A stretch of 64,000 bases of DNA from positions 527 through 64,526 of the forward strand of contig JBELJQ010000005.1 in assembly GCA_042090305.1 (NCBI GenBank), read 5' to 3'. The translations under genes and the position numbers were made by a program. The DNA is from Pelagibacteraceae bacterium. GTDB taxonomy: Bacteria; Pseudomonadota; Alphaproteobacteria; Methylaequorales; Methylaequoraceae. The notes below the pieces were generated by a model that worked only from the letters and a program-made list of their open reading frames with translations, made no database searches and had not been told where the DNA came from. This document shows, one piece after another, positions 59,302 through 64,000 of the stretch (positions within the stretch are counted from its first letter, which is position 1; each line of letters opens with the position of its first letter).

Positions 59302-62300
59302 ATGTTAAGAAAAATTAAAAAAAAAGGCCTTTATGATCCCAGTTATGAAAAAGATTCCTGTGGTATAGGCTTCGTTGCAAATAAGTACGATATATCTTCA
59401 AGAGATATAATTGACAACGCATTACAAATATTATGTAATCTAACCCATCGAGGAGCAGTCAGCGCCGACCCAAAAGCAGGCGACGGAGTGGGAATCCTAA
59501 CCCAAATCCCTCACCAATTCCTCCAAAGAGAATTATCCAAGAGTGATATAATTTTACCTAGGCCTGATGATTATGCGGTGGGTATGTTCTTCTTGCCACA
59601 AAATCCTGATGAGAACAAACACTGTTTGGGCGTCATTAAAAAATACTTTGAAAAGTTTGGACTCGAAACTCTTCACATTCGAAACGTTCCCGTAAACTGT
59701 GACGTTTTAGGGCATTCAATAAAAGGTAATGAGCCATCAATTGTTCAAATTTTTGTTAAACAAAAAATTGGAACAAAGACCATCAACGAATTTGAATCAA
59801 AATTATTTTTATCAAGAAGACATATGGAGATAGAACTCAAGTCATTTTATTTCTATGTTTCATCATTATCACCAAGGGTGGTTACTTATAAGGGCATGAT
59901 AATGTCTAACAGCTTGAAGGATTTTTACATTGACCTTAATGATGAACTTTTCATCTCGTCACTAGCTATTGTCCACCAAAGATTTTCTACAAACACCTTT
60001 CCTAGTTGGGAACTTGCTCAGCCTTTCAGATTTCTATGTCATAATGGTGAGATTAATACACTAAGAGGTAACATTAACTGGATGAATGCAAGAGCAAGGA
60101 TTTCGCAATCTCAGCTTTTCTCGAGGGAGTTTAAGGATGTAAACCCACTCATTTTCGAGGGCGTTTCGGACTCAGCAGCATTCGATAATGCCTTGGAGTA
60201 TTTGATAATCGGAGGATATGATATAGAGCAAGCAATGATGCTAATGATGCCTGAGGCATGGGAAAAAAACAAATTCAATTCACCGCAAGTTAAATCTCTA
60301 TATAAATATTATTCAAACTATGTTGAACCATGGGACGGGCCGGCTGCTATGTGCTTCACTGATGGAAAAAAAATAGGTGGCATTTTGGATAGAAATGGAC
60401 TCAGACCGTCGCGCTACTTGGAAATGGACGATGGTATGATTTTACTTTCATCTGAGATGGGGGTGCTGGATATTGATCAGTCTAAAGTCGTTAAGCGTTC
60501 AAGGCTTGAGCCTGGAAAAATATTTTTGATTGATTTAGTTGAGAAGAGGGTCACAGGAAATAAAGATTTAAAGAAAAAGTTTTCGCAAAAGTATGATTAT
60601 GAGTCCTACTTAAAGAAAAACCAAATTATCCTCGAAGAGCTGGTTAATGAAGAAATAACTACATCGATTGATATCAATAAAGTTAAAGAACTTCAGCTGG
60701 CTTTCGGATATACAAAGGAAGATCTGTCTTTTTTTATTGAACCCATCATTAAATCTGGAGCAGAGCCAATTGGTTCGATGGGAACGGATACCCCAATCTC
60801 ACTCTTATCTTCAAAATCGAAACTTCTATATAGCTATTTTAAACAATGTTTTGCTCAAGTCACAAACCCACCCATCGATCCCATAAGAGAAGAACTCGTA
60901 ATGTCACTTGACATTACACTTGGAAGTAAGCCTAATTTGTTTTCAACTCCAGAACAGAATAAAAATTTTAGGCTAGAGCTAGAACACCCAGTAATTGGTA
61001 ATCAAGAGTTAGTTTCTATTAAGAATCTTGGAAAATCAACCGGTGGTAAGTTAAAAACTGGTTCAATTGATATTTTATTTAAAAATTCTTCAAAGGGAAC
61101 TGAACTTGAAGAGGCTTTAGACAGAATATGCCATGAGGCTAAATTAATGGTCTCAGAAGGTAAAAATATTATTATTTTATCGGATAGAAACATCTCAAGA
61201 GTAAATGCTCCAATACCCGCCCTTTTAGCTATATCCACTGTTCATCATTTTCTCATAAGGGAAGGGTTACGAATGAAAGTCAGTCTGTTATTAGAAACGG
61301 GAGAAGCAAGAGAGCTTCATCACTTAGCCGTTCTTATAGGATATGGTGCTGAAGCGGTTAACCCTTATCTAGCAATAGATACAATAATAAGCCTAGTACA
61401 GAAATCTGATGTTAAAGATTCAGTTATTAAATTTAAAAAAGCTGCGGGCAAAGCAATTTTGAAAATTATGTCTAAAATGGGAATATCAACAGTCAAATCT
61501 TATTGTGGAGCACAAATTTTCGATGCTATTGGAATATCAGAAAAAGTCATATCTAAATATTTTCCAGGAACTGCTTCCCTGATTGGAGGCATCGATTTAA
61601 AACAGATACAAAGCGAGACACTAAGTAGATACAACAAGATATTTCACATGAATGAGAACAAAAATGATTTAGATGTTGGCGGAGAATACTCATTCAGAAT
61701 TAATGGTGAAAAACATGCATGGTCTCCATCTTCGATTACAAACCTTCAGAAAGCTGTTAGAATAAATTCAAAAGAATCCTTTAATGAATTTTCTAAAGAA
61801 ATCAATAATCATAATAAGTCGATGTACTCTATAAGAAGTCTCTTCGATTTTAAGAAAACCAAAAGCATCAATATTAATGAAGTTGAATCAGTTGAGAATA
61901 TAGTAAAGAGGTTTGTTACTGGTGCCATGTCGTTTGGTTCTATTTCAAAGGAGGCTCACACCACACTGGCGTTAGCTATGAATAGAATTGGTGGAAAGTC
62001 AAATACAGGAGAGGGTGGAGAAGAAACAGAAAGATTTAAAACATTAGAAAATGGTGACTCTATGAGAAGCGCTATAAAACAAGTAGCTTCTGGAAGGTTT
62101 GGTGTTACTAATGAATATCTGGTAAATGCTAACGACATTCAAATTAAAATAAGTCAAGGAGCTAAGCCTGGAGAGGGTGGCCAGCTTCCTGGCCATAAAG
62201 TAGATGATAAAATTGCTGCAGTGCGGCATTCCACACCTGGAGTTGGATTGATATCTCCCCCACCTCATCATGATATCTACTCTATTGAGGATTTAGCACA

Positions 62301-63870
62301 GTTAATTTTTGATCTTAAAAACGTAAACCCAATGGCTAGAATAAGTGTAAAGTTAGTCTCCGAGTTTGGGGTTGGTGTTGTTGCCGCAGGTGTAACCAAA
62401 TGTAAAGCCGACCATATAACAATTTCTGGTTATGATGGTGGAACTGGTGCATCGCCGCTCACATCTATTAAAAATGCTGGGACCCCATGGGAACTCGGTC
62501 TTGCTGAAACACATCAAACACTAGTTTTGAACAAGTTGAGGAATAGAATTTCTCTTCAAGTAGATGGAGGGTTAAAAACTGGGAGAGATGTAATAATCGG
62601 AGCTTTACTTGGTGCAGATGAATTTGGATTTTCAACAGCTCCACTGATTTCAATTGGTTGTATAATGATGAGGAAATGCCATTTGAATACCTGTCCAGTA
62701 GGTATTGCCACTCAAAATAAAGAACTTAGGGAAAAATTTAAGGGCACACCAGAGAATGTAATAAACTTTTTCTTCCTAGTTGCAGAGGATGTTCGACAAA
62801 TCATGAGTCAGCTAGGAATTGCTAAGTTCAATGACTTAATTGGTAGATCAGATTTATTGTGCAAACAAAAGCTTATCGATCACTGGAAAGCAAAGGACAT
62901 TGACTTGTCAAAGATACTTTGGAAAGCCCCTACAGACTCTCAAGAAGATAATTATAATTCATCAAAACAAGAACATGATATCGACAAGGTAGCCGACCAT
63001 AACTTAATAAAAAAATCTGTTGATGTCCTAAATGGCAAAGCTTCAAGTATCAAAATAGATGAAGAGATATCAAATGTAGATAGAAGTTATGGAGCACTTA
63101 TTTCTGGAGAAATAGCAAAAAAATTTGGATTTAAAGGTTTAAATGAGGACTCCATTGTAGTTAATCTTAATGGAACAGCCGGACAAAGTTTTGGTACGTT
63201 TTTAAGTAAGGGACTTACATTAAATTTAACCGGTGAAGCAAATGATTATGTTGGAAAAGGTCTTTCAGGAGGCATAATAACGATAAAGCCTTTTAAGAAT
63301 AAGGAATTTAAAGCTGAAGAAAACATTATTGTTGGAAATACAGTTCTTTATGGTGCAATCTCCGGTCAATGTTATTTCTCAGGACTTGCTGGCGAAAGAT
63401 TTGCTGTTAGAAACTCTGGGGCAATAGCTGTTGTAGAAGGAACAGGCGACCATTCTTGTGAATACATGACTGGAGGCGTTGTTCTTGTTCTTGGAAAAAC
63501 AGGTGTCAACTTTGGAGCAGGTATGAGTGGTGGAATTGCATACGTATATGATGAAGACAAAAATTTTGCTAAAAGATGTAATTTAAGTATGGTCGAAGTT
63601 CACAATGTATTATCTAGCCAATCAGTAAATAAAGATAAGATATTTGAGAAATATTATTTTCTAGAAAATGACGAACTTAGAATAAAAGAAATGCTTGTAA
63701 GACATCTCAATTATACTAATTCTGAAAAGGCAAGAAGAATATTGGATAATTTTGATGAAGAAGTAAAAAAATTTGTTAAAGTATTACCTATTGACTTTAA
63801 AAATGTTCTGCTTTCAAGAAGTAATAAAGCAAGCAACCAAACTAAGGAAGATAATGTATGGCAAAAGTAA
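59302..63870 (+). CDS. gltB: Glutamate synthase large subunit
   Basis: SCGIGF (Ntn Cys), HQRFSTNT, HNGEINT, QGAKPGEGGQLPG, CIMMRKCHLNTCP, GXGXG C-terminal domain. Confidence 0.98.
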   Translation: MLRKIKKKGLYDPSYEKDSCGIGFVANKYDISSRDIIDNALQILCNLTHRGAVSADPKAGDGVGILTQIPHQFLQRELSKSDIILPRPDDYAVGMFFLPQNPDENKHCLGVIKKYFEKFGLETLHIRNVPVNCDVLGHSIKGNEPSIVQIFVKQKIGTKTINEFESKLFLSRRHMEIELKSFYFYVSSLSPRVVTYKGMIMSNSLKDFYIDLNDELFISSLAIVHQRFSTNTFPSWELAQPFRFLCHNGEINTLRGNINWMNARARISQSQLFSREFKDVNPLIFEGVSDSAAFDNALEYLIIGGYDIEQAMMLMMPEAWEKNKFNSPQVKSLYKYYSNYVEPWDGPAAMCFTDGKKIGGILDRNGLRPSRYLEMDDGMILLSSEMGVLDIDQSKVVKRSRLEPGKIFLIDLVEKRVTGNKDLKKKFSQKYDYESYLKKNQIILEELVNEEITTSIDINKVKELQLAFGYTKEDLSFFIEPIIKSGAEPIGSMGTDTPISLLSSKSKLLYSYFKQCFAQVTNPPIDPIREELVMSLDITLGSKPNLFSTPEQNKNFRLELEHPVIGNQELVSIKNLGKSTGGKLKTGSIDILFKNSSKGTELEEALDRICHEAKLMVSEGKNIIILSDRNISRVNAPIPALLAISTVHHFLIREGLRMKVSLLLETGEARELHHLAVLIGYGAEAVNPYLAIDTIISLVQKSDVKDSVIKFKKAAGKAILKIMSKMGISTVKSYCGAQIFDAIGISEKVISKYFPGTASLIGGIDLKQIQSETLSRYNKIFHMNENKNDLDVGGEYSFRINGEKHAWSPSSITNLQKAVRINSKESFNEFSKEINNHNKSMYSIRSLFDFKKTKSININEVESVENIVKRFVTGAMSFGSISKEAHTTLALAMNRIGGKSNTGEGGEETERFKTLENGDSMRSAIKQVASGRFGVTNEYLVNANDIQIKISQGAKPGEGGQLPGHKVDDKIAAVRHSTPGVGLISPPPHHDIYSIEDLAQLIFDLKNVNPMARISVKLVSEFGVGVVAAGVTKCKADHITISGYDGGTGASPLTSIKNAGTPWELGLAETHQTLVLNKLRNRISLQVDGGLKTGRDVIIGALLGADEFGFSTAPLISIGCIMMRKCHLNTCPVGIATQNKELREKFKGTPENVINFFFLVAEDVRQIMSQLGIAKFNDLIGRSDLLCKQKLIDHWKAKDIDLSKILWKAPTDSQEDNYNSSKQEHDIDKVADHNLIKKSVDVLNGKASSIKIDEEISNVDRSYGALISGEIAKKFGFKGLNEDSIVVNLNGTAGQSFGTFLSKGLTLNLTGEANDYVGKGLSGGIITIKPFKNKEFKAEENIIVGNTVLYGAISGQCYFSGLAGERFAVRNSGAIAVVEGTGDHSCEYMTGGVVLVLGKTGVNFGAGMSGGIAYVYDEDKNFAKRCNLSMVEVHNVLSSQSVNKDKIFEKYYFLENDELRIKEMLVRHLNYTNSEKARRILDNFDEEVKKFVKVLPIDFKNVLLSRSNKASNQTKEDNVWQK

Positions 63871-64000
63871 CCGGTTTTTTAGAACATGATAGAGTGGAAA
63901 ATAAGTCGGTTGATCCCCAGCTAAGGGTGAAAAACTATAAAGAGTTTACAATCCCTTTTTCTGACGACGTTCTTAACAAGCAAGCTTCTAGGTGTATGGA
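63858..64000 (+). CDS. gltD: Glutamate synthase small subunit, 5' fragment (runs off the window)
   Basis: Manual translation MAKVTGFLEHDRVENK...RVKNYKEF...QASRCM; overlaps the gltB end. Confidence 0.93.
   Translation, partial: MAKVTGFLEHDRVENKSVDPQLRVKNYKEFTIPFSDDVLNKQASRCM

Overview
AT-rich, densely packed chromosomal segment of a streamlined alphaproteobacterium, probably marine (inferred from gene order: tsaD-gpsA-yciI-acs, DUF1674/rsmB-heparinase...purH, hemC-hemD-Mic60-hemY, acnA/ccm, helicase-fdxA-carD). About 65 genes, mostly housekeeping (purH, acs, hemCD, argG, folD, ccmA-I, acnA, gltB/gltD) plus one tRNA-Arg(CCT). No CRISPR, IS or integrase was seen. The most interesting parts: (1) an orphan 458-aa protein that resembles an eroded Pol-A/T7-RNAP-like (TV-Pol-type) polymerase, translationally coupled to a stand-alone cyclic-nucleotide-binding protein (37963-39733); (2) a complete ufaD-ufaO-ufaM-like furan fatty acid cluster with no rpoE/chrR in the window, and upstream of it a hidden divergent unit (TTGACA-N17-TATATT promoter, ~120-nt transcript with a possible leaderless 27-aa membrane peptide, bidirectional terminator shared with an unannotated 57-aa ORF); (3) rsmB split by a frameshift exactly at an A_AAA_AAG slippery heptamer; (4) a YDG-repeat adhesin ending in a putative cysteine hook; (5) extensive lipid A remodelling genes (ArnT/LpxE/GT2/LAB_N and tandem PagL-like deacylases). 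All family assignments come from motif recognition by eye; no searches were run.
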